From Macrostomum lignano (taxonomy: Eukaryota): 64,000 nt of DNA. This document shows positions 13,276 through 26,100 of the stretch, one piece after another. The notes beneath the pieces were generated by a model. It worked only from the letters and a program-made list of their open reading frames with translations. It did no database searches and was not told the DNA's origin. The stretch is taken from NCBI GenBank assembly GCA_002269645.1, contig NIVC01003206.1:47452-111451 (forward strand), in the 5' to 3' direction. The position numbers were made by a program, and so were the translations under genes. Numbering within the stretch: the first letter of the stretch is position 1; every line of letters starts with the position of its first letter.

Positions 13276-13586
13276 GGGTTTTAGCCTAGTGGTTAGAGTG
13301 TCGGACTTACGACTTGAAGGTCGGGAGTTCGATTCCCGATCCCACTGAAACTGTCCTTGAGCAAGAAACTTAACACTGCATTGCTGCAGTTCACCCAGCT
13401 GTAAAATGGGTGTCAACATTAGCTGGGGTAATTGAGGGCGTGTGTGGCGACCCCCCCCCCCCAGTCCTTGGACTGAACAGCCGTACGCAGCCTTCAGATG
13501 CGCCGCGCAAATAGCTGCGGCTGAGCTGTCGGTTGCGCATCTGCCCAATTGGGGCGGGTGTAATCAATTACTAATATTATTATTTT
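13276..13586 (+). mobile_element. tRNA-derived SINE with CORE (MIR-like) domain
   Basis: A box tagcctagtggttaga (13282) and B box gagttcgattccc (13325). Then gtccttgagcaagaaacttaac...cagttcacccagctgtaaaatggg (13353-13410), resembling the MIR core, and a (TAT)n tail. Confidence 0.75.
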
Positions 13587-16500
13587 ATGGATGAAGGTAC
13601 TTCGTATATGCATGCTTTTACTGTATTTTTCAACGCAGGAAAGCTGAAGTTTTTCTTCTGTATTTTCATAGTTACTCACATAAATAATCCAGAAGAAGAC
13701 GCCAATGTAATCGGTTTTATTTGTGTTCTCGATCATTTCGAACCTTGGGGATTTGCTGTTACAGAGAATTATTTTCTTTTTATTAGTCCTAATCTCCTAC
13801 TACAAAAATGTTCGGTTTGTTGAGTGTGTCGAATTATGTGCTTTGAGTCTATAATACACGGATCCACGAAGCTCTACTCGTGATTTTGTTCAAGTTTCTT
13901 GACTGAATAGAGTAGGAGCAACCATTCAGAGATATTCTTCAAATTGCCTCACCTCACAAAACACGGAAGCCTAATGGCGTGTATATTTCGTATTTAATTA
14001 TATCCGTCTCTAAGTGTAAAACTTTGCCTCACAATTTGAGCTTTTCGGCAAAGTCCTTGAACAGCTTCACGATCTCTGACTGCAGATCAAGCTTTTCAAA
14101 ATTGAAATCGTGACTGTTGTAGCCTCTGAGTTCAATGGAGTACACTTTCTTGCAACTTCTCACAACCCAGGCGATCTTCTCGCGTGCTTTCTGCACAATG
14201 CGACCTTCTTGGGCTGCAACACAGCGAAGACATCGGCGAACATGTTGTTGCTGCTGTACGAGCTATATAGCAACCCAGCTACAAAGTGTTAGCAGAGCGT
14301 GGGCCAGAGCCCCATGCTCTGGTTTGTGGGGCATCATGTCAGCACGACACGGCTTTGCACAGTCAGCCGTCTAGCCATAGGCGACATCGCGATCGCAGGC
14401 TGGATCAACAGCCGGTTCAACTAGCCGTCAAATTCGGCTTTTGAACAGCACCACATCGCACAGCTGCATCCTTCCAGCTGAACACTCATCGTTGACGATG
14501 CGCCTTTCAGTTCATCTTTCCATCTTCATATACCATTAGATGCACGTTCTTCACAATTTTCCTTTGCGGTTTCGCACCAGCACAACTGGTTGCCACCCCG
14601 CCAACCGATCCCGGACTCGTGATTAACCCGCTCACCGCTGCCGCACGCCCAACACCACCACCGCTGGAGCCGACTTCCTACGAGGTATAAGTACGCTGTC
14701 TCCTGACCTGGTTGCATGACACCCGGCTCTGGCACCGACGCGTCACATCGGCCCAGCTTTGTGCAGCGTACACCGCTCTATCGAAGCCATTATACATCAT
14801 GACACGTAATTCACCTGGTGAAGAAGCGCGAACTGATGCGAGCTCCTCATAATATTGCAATTCATTTAGCGATTCAATTTACTAACTTAGACAGGCTCTT
14901 TGAACCTTTATCGTTTTTATACAGTTTACAATCTTAAAAAAAACAAAGCACGATCTGTCAATTCGTTTCTGGAAGGGGAGTATCTTGTAGCAGTTAGTAC
15001 ATGTACATTCGTTGTCGTTGTACTTTTCCCTTTGTTGACTTCCCCATCAACCATAGACAACACTGTTGGCTGCGGAGGAAGCCCTAAGCACAAGATGAGA
15101 AATATACTCGCCCAGAGGTGGCTGCTACACATTTAGAGATGTTACATGTAGAGCTTTTTAGAGCCGGTCCCACGTCTGGGCGCGACATCCGGATGGTCCC
15201 CGATCAGACTGACAGATCTGTCTGGATCTCCGTAAATCATCTTTGATCGCACACAGTGGTTGCACAAAACCTACGAGTCTGGCAGCATCTCACCTTGAGC
15301 CTCTCAATGTAGTTTAACAGCAGTTTGCGGACTGTGTCTAACACTGACAGAGCAGCCATCACACCTTATATCTAATCTGCATTAGACAGATAGACAGACC
15401 CATTCTTTCTCGCATAGAGATCATCTGGTCCAGATTCCGATAGTTTCGAATCCCCCGGATCCTAATGGGTCTTTAATCCTAAAGCCACTCCCTCCAACCA
15501 TTGATGACATTCTTATTAGTTCTTGTGGTTTCAAATTCGTTAAGCCGTTTAATTTTTCCACCTTAAATTTAACCTCGACTGAGTTTGCGGAAAGGATTCA
15601 TACTACTGTAAAACTAGCAGGTGCGTACTACTTAGAGTAGCATTTTCGCTGGGTCGTGGCACTGACTGGTGGTCGGTGAAAAATATTCGGAGGGCGACAT
15701 CGTGCGACAACCAGCGCTGATGCGATTCTGCCCCATTCCGCCGACTTTTGAGAGCATGCAAAAACGCTCAAATGCTGTAAGTGCAGTCACGCACACATAC
15801 ACGAGCTCATACAGTGTGTTCAGCGGCCTTGATTTCGAATTTTCAGACATGTGCTTGCCCGATATTTTCTCTGTGCCTTTGGTGTTGGCCCTCATAGGTG
15901 TAAATCGCAAGGACCGCTAGAAGAACTTATCTAGTGGTCCTTGGTAAATCGCATGACAACTCTCGGCCAATTCTTGTGCAAACAAGCCCGAATTGCTCAT
16001 AGATTAATGTGGCACAGAATCGAGCCAAGGACTACTAGACTAGAAGTGTTCCTAGTGGTCCTTAAATCGAACCAGGAGTCACGTTTACCGCTAAGCTGCC
16101 CTGCCCTTCTCCCGGATAGGCGGTTGATATTTCCCATTCATTTCTTTCGGCAATGTCAAGTTGTAGCGAAAAGTCACATGCTCGAAAGCCCAGCGTGATT
16201 CATCGTTGGCACCATTAGCATACAGGGCGGGCGCTGCAATGCCCAGAGTGTTAGTGCTCTACGGGCTGCGGTGCCTTTGGTGCTGATTTCTATTGCTCTA
16301 GATAGAAAGAACTAAACAATCGATTCATAATCCCGATTGTTTAAATTTAGCTCTGGGTATCATCTAAAATTGATCAGTATAATGTGCGCAATGAATTATG
16401 TGATAGTTTAGAATAGCATTTTAGAATTGCCCCAGCCAAGCCAGGCACTGAGAGGCCCGTGCGATGTCGCATATTTACGCTGCGATGAGCCCGATAGCGA

Positions 16501-19500
16501 GACGAAAATCTCTGCGCCCTTGCAAATGCGGACAGAAAAATATCTGAATATGGTGAGACTGAATGATCCTGAGGTGATGAGGCGAGCTGGGCGTCTTCTG
16601 CCTTCCCAGCTTCCCTCATCCTACCGCTGACGCTTGGCTTAGCAGAGGAGGGCAGCCGCGGGAAGGGAGGAAGATCCAGATAAAAGGCACAGCGAGCGCT
16701 GGATGATTCTGAGCAGCCTCTCCGCTGCATCAATCAGCTATGAGCAGCAGCCACAGTCATAGGAGTCCCGCGGGAGAGCCGGGGGGCAACGGCCACGGGA
16801 TGAATGAATAATCACTTCAGGTAAAAATAGACAGCTCTCATGACTGCCTGGTCTCTTCCTCCTGACTGTCATGCAACTCCACTTGGGACTTCTCGGTATC
16901 TACTCAGCTGGTAAATAATGCACTGGAGAGGCCGAGCTCATCTTGAGCTGCATTCTTGTGGCTCGCGTCTAGTTTAGTGAAGTTTAGAATTAGAAAATCA
17001 ACTGCTAAATTTTTTGCTAACTGACACTTCTTCCCATCTCTACCCGCTTCGTTGGTTGCTAGTCTTGGGAGAAGTTTTTTCAACTAGTTTTTTGTTTGGC
17101 CATCAATAATTTTAAAAAGGCACCTTAAAATTTCGGAACCAGTGACTACTTGGCACCTCGGTTTCTAAATCATCCAATTGGTCTAGGCTTTCAAAACTGT
17201 GAAAATTTGACGAGAACAAACGTTGAACCAAGGACCACTGAGAAGTCACTTCTTCTTAAGTAGTCCTTGCGTTGAACGAGAAAGACTTGAGATCAGGAGA
17301 CTCAGACACCTTTTTAACGGCGGCATTGAAATTGAGATTGCTTGGGTTTGTTAATTTCAGATGCAAAAAAAGCCCGGAGTTCAGACTAAGCATCAGTCTC
17401 AGCGCTTTACAAGCTATCAAATGCGCGGTTGACTGTAAAAGTACATCCTTAACTTTCGAGCGGATTGTCTGAATTTTAATTTTTAGCGCATTTCCTTCCA
17501 CCCGCGGAGGCTGTCAGGCAGACCCGTCATTGGCCCGGACAGCTGATTGGAGCCCCGGCTCAGAGCTGTAAGCTAACTAATAATATAAGGGGATCTCTGA
17601 GATGTGCACCGATTAATGCAGTTCAGGCATTGCATACGAAATCCTTGCGCACTGTCTGAAGCAGTCGGAGCCAAGTCTTGGTCACGCAATAAAACCAGGA
17701 AAAGAGCTGAGTTAGTCTGGGTAAGCCAAGCCACCATTACGCTTCATCTGCAGTGTCTCCCAGCTGTGCCAACACGCCATCTCCCTTTCCCCACTAACTG
17801 CAGTTGAGTTACTTGCAATTAACAAGGCTGTTAAATGCGAACAGATTTTCTAAGAATCAGAACAGATGCAAAATGCAGAATCGCTTTATACTTTATAATT
17901 TTTTATAACAGGAAAAGTGCAGTACTTTGATTTGCAGTTCTCCAACGATATGTATCAGAAGTAACCCTTGAACTAACCTCGTAAGACGTTGAGTTTTCGT
18001 CCGCTTTTAAGTCGATCCGCAGCCAGCAGGCCCGTTATGCCCTTCTCTTTGACCCCTGAGAATATGCAAAACGGATGTAAACTTGAGCTCCGGAATGCGG
18101 CCCAGAGCTGCAATCGATAACTCACCGGACCGGTCGGTCAGAGATGCCGAGACATCTCATCCGCGTCCCTCCCTTGGGCTATCAGAGGGGGGGTAAGGAG
18201 ACTAAAATTGGGATTTCATATCAATTTATGGCTCTAGAATAGAGCCGAAAATAAAGCCAACTGGTCTGACAAGGACTTTATTAGCATTTCTTCGGCTGCA
18301 TTCCGGTGCTTTAGTTGACACACTACCACCGGGCTAGCTCCTATACAGCCCCAACCATGAGCCCTAACGTCTTGCTGTCCTAGTTTAAGGAAAGGAAATA
18401 AGGCTGGTATGATATTTGGGTCAGCAAGTTAAAAGTACAAGAGATAAGTTTTAGTGCGAGTTTTCGCTAGCTAGTGACTGGCAGCAGAGTCTGCGGGGGA
18501 AGAGAGTAGCTCGTATTTGACGACTCAAGAAAGTTTAAAATGTCGGAAAAGTTTGCGGGGTTAGAAAATGACTTCAAGGGATCGAAGGGAAAGCCAGTTG
18601 AGACGGAACTGTAGCTCAGCAGATACCGGCCAAGTGTACATAAAATGCTGCAGCTGCAGACGCGCTCGCACCCGGATTCAATTATTGCAGACATGGGCGA
18701 CAGCTTTGAAGAGGACTCGGTCGCCGCTTCTGCTGAAAGGTTCGTGCATCTCTCTTAATCTTCCCTGTTGATTGAAGTAACTGCCTTATTTAAATGAAAA
18801 TTTAAATAAATGCTGCCTTTGGAGAATTTTAATTACATTATGAGTGTAAGTAACATTCTCCGAAGCATATATTATACCATTTAGCAGAATTTCTATGGTA
18901 ATTTTGTAACGAAAGGGACTTCGAATTTGGTAAGTGAAATTCTTCAGCCTCCAGCATCCAGGTCATGTGTACGAATCTGACCTCTTGTGTCACGTCACTA
19001 TTCCAATCTCCATGAAGTGGTCGTACATTGTTAAATTTAATGCACAAAGCAGGAAAATCTGCAACAAGCTTTTGCTGCATTTATTTGAGGGTCAGAGCCG
19101 GCTTCGCACCCGAGCATCTCATCAAAAAACTTTGGTCTCACAGCACCTCCACGCGCGCTAAGACCAATCTTACCCTCTTCAACACACGAGTATCTCCCGA
19201 TGATGTCATTGACAGTTGTCCTTTTGATGTCCAGTTCAATTGCGAGTTGAAAATATCGCACAAGTCTGGAGCGACCCAACACGCAAATTCTCAAATTCTC
19301 AAATTCTCAAAGATTTCAAGAAACTGGGAAACTTTTCAACAGCCTCACCATCTTACCTTTAAGTTTACCATAGCCCCCTTATTTTCTTGCCGTAGGAAAA
19401 GCAAAGAAATTTTCTGATCAGGCTGCATTTACACAGACGATTTTCCGTTATTTAGACAAATTTGAAGTTATTTTCTCTGCAAAAAATTACAGAATTAGAC

Positions 19501-20200
19501 ATTCATTCTCCTCCCCTTGAACGCTATATAGTTTTGCAAACGTTGACGAAGTTGAACTCACTTTTTACGAATCGGAAGTTGAAATGGTATATTATTATTA
19601 TCAAACAGACGCGAGAACATACTAAATTCACTAGCCATACAACAAATATGCGTTCCTCACTAGAAGAAACTCGAGTGCAGCGTCCTACGAGCTACTTTAG
19701 TTGTCCATGGTTGATTTATGCACGTGTTGTATTATCCGCTGCCGTCCGGCCAGACCGTAGCTCGTAGACGGGGTGATCGGGATTTGGGTACAGGAGTGCC
19801 CAGAGCTTGCCGAATGGAATAGAAAGGGTGAGCGGCGACCCCAGAGGCGTACAGACACTCCGGGACGGAAGTGAATGGACCGGGAGCGTACTGACACCCG
19901 TTAAAGCCCTAATAAAAGAGATGCGCGCGAATGATGAGACTGCCACTCGGCAGCGACAGAGACAGAGGTGAACACTGCACTGGTCTGGAGGCGCACAGAC
20001 ACTTCGCAGACTGAAGGCTTCGACGGGAGGAGAGAGGATGAGCAGGCTGCCACTCGCCTGCAATTCTGATGATAGACAATTAGAGGACAAAGTCAAAACA
20101 GGAAGAAAATGTAAAAAAATCAGTAAAGATTCACTTATATTTATCTTACCCACAGAGGTCACAGGCATGAAAAGCGACTTCAAGTGAAGTGAATTCGGCT

Positions 20201-20460
20201 AGGGTTGGGGGCTAAGCCTTGCAGGGCTGGAGGTGGGGCTAAGCCTTGCAGGGCTGGGGTTGGGGCTAAGCCCCGCAGGGTTGGGGGTGGGGCTAAGCCT
20301 TGCAGGGCTGGGGGTGGGGCTAAGCCTTGCAGGGCTGGGGTTGGGGCTAAGCCCCGCAGGGCTGGGGGTGGGGCTAAGCCTTGCAGGGCTGGGGTTGGGG
20401 CTAAGCCCCGCAGGGCTGGGGGTGGGGCTAAGCCCCGCAGGGCTGGGGGTAGGCCTAAGC
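20201..20460. repeat. Minisatellite, 27-bp unit GGGGCTAAGCCYYGCAGGGCTGGRGKT, ~10 copies
   Basis: Directly visible tandem units; source of spurious ORFs 20205-20522 and 20233-20508. Confidence 0.95.
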
Positions 20461-21307
20461 CAGGAAATTCTTGTTTTGATGTGTCCAGATTTACCGAAAA
20501 ATATTTAATTCCCCCTTTCTAGTTTCTAAATCATTTAAAATTACCAAGTACTTTAAATACTACTGACGAGTAGAACTCGTCGATTCTGCTACAGTTTTTT
20601 TCTAGAAATTTCGCCAGATTTGCCTCGACCAGTCTGCATACTTTTTTCTCAATTTCCATTACAAGCCTCGTGGTAGGAGTTCGTGTTGACAGAAAAAAAG
20701 CTGAAACGAACGAGGCCTAAATGAAACTAGGGATTTTGCATGCCTTTCCTGGGGAGAAACTGGATAGGAGGGAGTGTGGAAAAGATTAAAATAACATTTC
20801 ATGCAGTTTCTGCGTACCTCGGGAGATTGCAACTCTAAGCCTGTTGGAAAAAGTGATTCTCAGCAGATGATGGAGCTTCTCTCCTCCCTCGGCCCTATGC
20901 TCTATATTTTCATCACAACTCTCATTTCCCCAGCCGTCTGTGATTGGCCGTGAGCTCTGGCTCTGGCCGAAACCAGCTGCTGCTTGTATATAGACAGAAA
21001 AGCGACTCAAATAGATGTGGAGGCAGTTTAGACTCTTTACCTTCTCTTCTCTGCTTTACGTGACTTCCCCGAATCGTGTCCTTTCCAACGCAGATTTCGA
21101 ACAGGGAAAATATTGAAAAATAAGTTTGCTCAAACTGATGACCGACACAGCTGAGTCGCCCTCAACTTTTGGCGAGAGCGGGAACGGCCCGACAGGACGA
21201 CCTCTCGAGAAGTAAGGCTGGAGTGCCGGGCTCTGGGGAGCACTGACTGCACCACCCATCTTTTCCTTCACCCCCTCTTTTGATGCTCATCCCATTCTCC
21301 ATCCTTT

Positions 21308-21685
21308 ATTTGGCGTCTCTGCCTCTTTCCGATCCTTCATTTGGGGTCTCAGCCTCTTCCCCATCCTTCATTTGGGGTCCCTGCCCTCCTCCCGATTCTT
21401 CATTTGGGGTCTCTGCTCCATCCCGATCCTTCATTTGGGGTCTCTGCTCCATCCCGATTCTTCATTTGGGGTCTCTGCTCCATCCCGATCCTTCATTTGG
21501 GGTCTCTGCTCCATCCCGATCCTTCATTTGGCGTCTCTGCTCCATCCCGATCCTTCATTTGGCGTCTCTGCTCCATCCCGATCCTTCATTTTGGGTCGCT
21601 GCCTGTTCGAAATCCTTCATTCGGCGTCTCTGCTTCATCCCGATCCGTCGTTTGGCGTCCCTGCGCCGTCCAGATCCTTCCTCTG
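21308..21685. repeat. Minisatellite, 31-bp unit TTTGGGGTCTCTGCTCCATCCCGATCCTTCA, ~12 copies
   Basis: Directly visible tandem units. Confidence 0.95.
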
Positions 21686-22398
21686 GATCGGGAAGGGACA
21701 GATACGACAGGAGGAACTTAATGAGCATGATTGATTGCTTCCTCGCTGGCTGCGGGTTGACCGTGGACTTGATTTAGGGCTCTTCTCAAATTCTTTCTGC
21801 TACTAACAGCAACTACTCGTAAAATTCTTAAAAAAACTTCAGGGTAGGGCACCAGTACCTCTCCGAAACCTTAACCCATGAACACAAACCGGCTGTAAGT
21901 TTCCACTCAGTCGCACACAAGAAGCTTTTTATGCAGTTGGTTCTAACAGCAACAGCGAAAGAGGAATTTTAAATACTTGCAGTTAAAGTACGAGAATGAA
22001 ATACGGCCCGCTCCGCAAGTTTCTCTCCTAATCCGCCTTCGCTACAGACGTTCGCACTCGCACACTGGCGATTGGGTACAGCAGGACTGGGAAGATAAAG
22101 TAACACATGCAGTCAGGTCTTTTTCCAGTACAGCATAGGGATTGAAGCAGAATAGCCGTATGAATAAAAATTTGCTGTAGGTCAGTGCACAGACAGAGCG
22201 AAGGTTGCAAAGCTGGCCCAGTTGGGGGTTGGTGGTGTCGAAGGCCCGTCCGAGCTCCTATCAGGCAGCTGGAATCGTCCAGGGGGGAGGATGGACGCTG
22301 CTCGGCTTAGCGTTTCCCAAGGCTGCGTAATTAACTTTGTTCCCTGGCGCAGTCCGCCCGATTCTGGTTTCTGCCTGGATTTTTTTCCTACCTTGGCT

Positions 22399-25300
22399 AT
22401 GTCAGTTGAGCCAAAATGGCCTTGGAGACTGAGCCGTAAGTCTGCCGCGATGAAAGGAACTGTTTTTACAATAGCTACTATAATAGGTGAGATTGAGATT
22501 CTCAGGTATGAGATTGAGACTTTCAGGTATGAGATTGCGATTCTCAGGTATGAGGTTTAGATTCTCAGGTATGAGATTGAGATTTTCAGGTATGAGATTG
22601 CGATTCTCAGGTATATGAGATTGAGATTATTAGGTATGACATTGAGATTTTCAGGTATGAGGTTGAGATTTTCAGGTATGAGATTGCGATTCTCAGGTAT
22701 GAGGTTTAGATTCTCAGGTATGAGATCGGGATTCTCAAGTATGAGACTGAAATTCTCAGGTATGAGACTGAAATTCTCAGGAATGAGACTGAAATTATCA
22801 GGTATGAGATTGAGATTCTCAGGTATGAGACTGAAATTCTCAGGTATGAGATTGAGATTCTCAGGTATGAGACTGAAATTATCAGGTATGAGATTGAGAT
22901 TCTCATGTATGAGACTGAAATTCTCAGGTATGAGAAAAGATCCTATTCGAAGACTCTGATGCAGTAGACAATTCCTCACCCGCGCTCAGGAAGCAGAGCA
23001 GCGGCGATCTGCACAGCCGGTTAAAAACCCGGAAGCTTCTTGGCGTCGGTGAGACAGACGACGGCGATGTGCACCGGTCGAAGCTGAGCCAAATTCTCGG
23101 CCACAGCGAGCAGCTGCACCACCGCGGCCTGTCGTGGGCAGCGAGGACCTGGACTGCCGCCTGCGGCCTGGCCTGCGCCGCTGCCGCCACCGCCGTGAGT
23201 CCGGGGAAGTTATGCCGGTGAGAGCTGATTCAGGTAGGGGGCTGGGTCAGGTGGAGGGCTAGGTCAGGTGTGGAGGGTTGGGTCAGGTGGGTGGCTGGGT
23301 CAGGTGGGTGGCTGGGTCAGGTGGGTGGCTGGGTCAGGTGGAGGGCTGGGTCAGATGGAGGGCTAGGTCAGGTGGGGGGCTGGGTCAGGTGGGTGGCTGG
23401 GTCAGGTGTGGAGGGTTGGGTCAGGTGGGTGGCTGGGTCAGGTGGAGTCAATGGACTCAGTGGAATTTGTAGTGGGAGTTCTGATTTTCAGGGGGAGTCA
23501 AGGCGAGTCAGGGGGAGTCAGTCAGGGGGAGTCAGGGGGAGTCAATCGGGGGGAGTCAGGGGGAGTCAGTCCGGGGGAGTCAGTCAGGGGGAGTCAGGGG
23601 GAGTCAATCGGGGGAGTCAGGGGGAGTCAGTCAGGGGGAGTCAGTCAGGGGGAGTCAGTCCGGGGGAGTCAGTCAGGGGGAGTCAGGGGGAGTCAATCGG
23701 GGGAGTCCGGGGGAGTCAGTCAGGGGGAGTCAGTCAGGGGGAGTCAGTCAGGGGGAGTCAGTCAGGGGGAGTCAGGGGGAGTCAATCGGGGGGAGTCAGG
23801 GGGAGTCAGTCAGGGGGAGTCAGTCCGGGGAGTCAGTCAGGGGGTCAGTCAGGGGGAGTCCGAGGGAGTCAATCAGGGGGAGTCAATCAGGAGGAGTCAG
23901 AAGGGGAGTCAGTCAGGGGGAGTCAGTCCGGGGAAGTCAGTCCGGGGGAGTCAGTCAGGGGGAGTCAGGGGGAGTCAATCGGAGGAGTCAGGGGGAGTCA
24001 GTCAGGGGGAGTCAGTCAGGGGAGTCAGTCCGGGGGAGTCAGTCAGGGGGAGTCAGTCAGGGGGAGTCAGGGGGAGTCAATCGGGGGAGTCAGGGGGAGT
24101 CAGTCAGGGGGAGTCAGTCAGGGGGAGTCAGGGGGAGTCAATCGGGGGAGTCAGGGGGAGTCAGTCAGGGGGAGTCAGTCAGGGGGAGTCAGTCCGGGGG
24201 AGTCAGTCAGGGGGAGTCAGGGGGAGTCAATCGGGGAGTCCGGGGGAGTCAGTCAGGGGGAGTCAGTCAGGGGGAGTCAGTCAGGGGGAGTCAGGGGGAG
24301 TCAATCGGGGGGAGTCAGGGGGAGTCAGTCAGGGGGAGTCAGTCCGGGGGAGTCAGTCAGGGGGTCAGTCAGGGGGAGTCCGAGGGAGTCAATCAGGGGG
24401 AGTCAATCAGGAGGAGTCAGAAGGGGAGTCAGTCAGGGGGAGTCAGTTCGGGGAAGTCAGTCCGGGGGAGTCAGTCAGGGGGAGTCAGGGGGAGTCAATC
24501 GGAGGAGTCAGGGGGAGTCAGTCAGGGGGAGTCAGTCAGGGGGAGTCAGTCCGGGGGAGTCAGTCAGGGGGAGTCAGTCAGGGGGAGTCAGGGGGAGTCA
24601 ATCGGGGGGAGTCAGGGGGAGTCAGTCAGGGGGAGTCAGTCAGGGGGAGTCAGTCAGGGGGAGTCAGTCAGGGGAGTCCGGGGGAGTCAATCAGGGGGAG
24701 TCAGTCAGCGGGAGTCAGTCAGGGGGAGTCCGGGGGTGTCAATCAGGGGGAGTCAAGCAATGGGAGTCGAGGGAGGTCAGTGAGAGCCAGAAGGAGACAG
24801 GAGAGAGAGGAGCAACCACTGGAGTTAAGGCAGTTCCTTAGAAAATATTGAAAGTCGAATAGCAGAATTCTCTCTTCTTGGGAAAGCAGCTGGGGAATTC
24901 TCCCTGTTCTAATCCCTAGGGATTAGTTCTGTCGTGCGGACCTACTGAGTATTTAATCAAGGTGAGTGTGCGCAGGTGCTCGATGGGGGTTCAGCTCGGG
25001 TTGAGCTTCAGCTCGGGCTGAGCGAGCGGAATGTACTTTTTGTGGAGTCTTGAAATTTTTTATCTCAACAACGCGTTCCGAGTTGTCTATTTTGAGCCGC
25101 CTCAGCTCTAAGTCTGTCAATTCCCATTTGCCCCTAACCCTGTTAAACTTCCCGGAGGAGCTCAAACTCCTCAGGCCCCTCAAGCAAATTTTCTAATTAT
25201 CATGGCATTTTCTACAGTCTCGAGTTGCCTTTGACCAGAGTCGGCCAGTAATTAAGCGCTTCTGCTGAGCGGAATTGCAAAGCAAAGACAGCCACCTGGC

Positions 25301-26100
25301 ACGGTCAACCATCTGCTTTCCGTTTGTTGTAGATTTTCTTCAAGCCGGGGCTTCTTTTCGGCCATCAGGAGGCGACCGAGCTTGCGACCGACCTTGTTGC
25401 TAGGCTGTACGCCTGCGCGCTGATGGGTGAGTGCCTCGGTAGGGCTGCTCCATCTTGTCAATAATATGATGATGGATAGCCTATTCTCGCTTTTGGCCGA
25501 GACTTTTGTGGCTCTAACTCATTTTCTACTGCTTTTTTATTCTAATCCACACTTGACTCTCCCCTCCCCTGACTCTCTACTCCTCTCACCTGACTCTCCA
25601 CTTCTCTCACCTGACTCTCCACTTCTCTCACCTGACTCTCCACTTCTCTCACCTGACTCTCCACTCTTCTCACCTGACTCTCCCCTCCTCTCACCTGACT
25701 CTCCCCTCCTCTCACCTGACTCTCCCCTCCTCTCACCTGACTCTCCCCTCCTCTCACCTGACTCTCTACTCATCTCATCTGACTCTTCCCTCCTCTCAAC
25801 TGACTCTTCACCCTCCTTACCTTGACTCTCTACTCCCACTGACTCCACTTCCCCCACTTGACTCTCAGTCCCCCGCCCCCAATCTCCGCAGCCCTCGCCG
25901 GGTTCCTGTGTCTCTCCTGGCGTAGCTCAGACCGCGAGCTGGCCCGCCAGTCCATCATCCTGATGGCGGCCTTGGCAGCCGCCAACTGCGCCCTGCTGTG
26001 GCTGCACCCCGCTGGCTGGCTGCCCCGGCTGGCCGCTCTGGCGATGCTGGCGGCGGCCGCGGCCGCCTGCGCAAAATTCTGCCAGCTTGCCGGCGGCTGA
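22399..26100 (+). CDS. TP53I11: TP53I11 (PIG11)-like membrane protein, 189 aa. Exons 22399-22435, 22965-23194, 25333-25426, 25892-26100
   Basis: Exon 2 (not in the ORF track) reads [38 protein letters not shown], against the recalled human [39 protein letters not shown]. Exon 3 has RLYACALM (cf. RLYGGALL). All introns are GT-AG with compatible phases 1/0/1, total 570 nt. Exon 1 is the least certain. Confidence 0.88.
22485..22934 (+). repeat. Intronic minisatellite, 21-bp unit CAGGTATGAGATTGAGATTCT, ~21 copies
   Basis: Fills most of TP53I11 intron 1. Confidence 0.95.
23231..23447 (+). repeat. Intronic G-rich minisatellite, ~17-bp unit GGGTCAGGTGGGTGGCT
   Basis: Starts ~35 nt after the exon 2 donor. 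Confidence 0.9.
23490..24780 (+). repeat. Intronic G-rich satellite of GGGGGAGTCA(GTCA) units with a higher-order ~520-bp duplication
   Basis: Block 23826-24000 recurs at about 24346-24520; G5-G6 runs every 10-14 nt. Confidence 0.95.
25550..25870 (+). repeat. Intronic C-rich minisatellite, 21-bp unit CTCTCACCTGACTCTCCMCTY, ~13 copies
   Basis: Fills most of TP53I11 intron 3. Confidence 0.95.

Noticed and set aside
13276-13345. tRNA gene
   Set aside because: A and B boxes are present, but the acceptor stem and cloverleaf are not convincing and it runs into a SINE core and tail.
15100-20180. Short ORFs between 15 and 20 kb
   Set aside because: No recognisable motifs, consistent splice structure or repeat boundaries; left unannotated.
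23270-24851. Long ORFs of 523 and 481 aa (GSQSGG/GESGGV repeats)
   Set aside because: Translations of a G-rich satellite inside TP53I11 intron 2; open in several frames only because the unit lacks stops.
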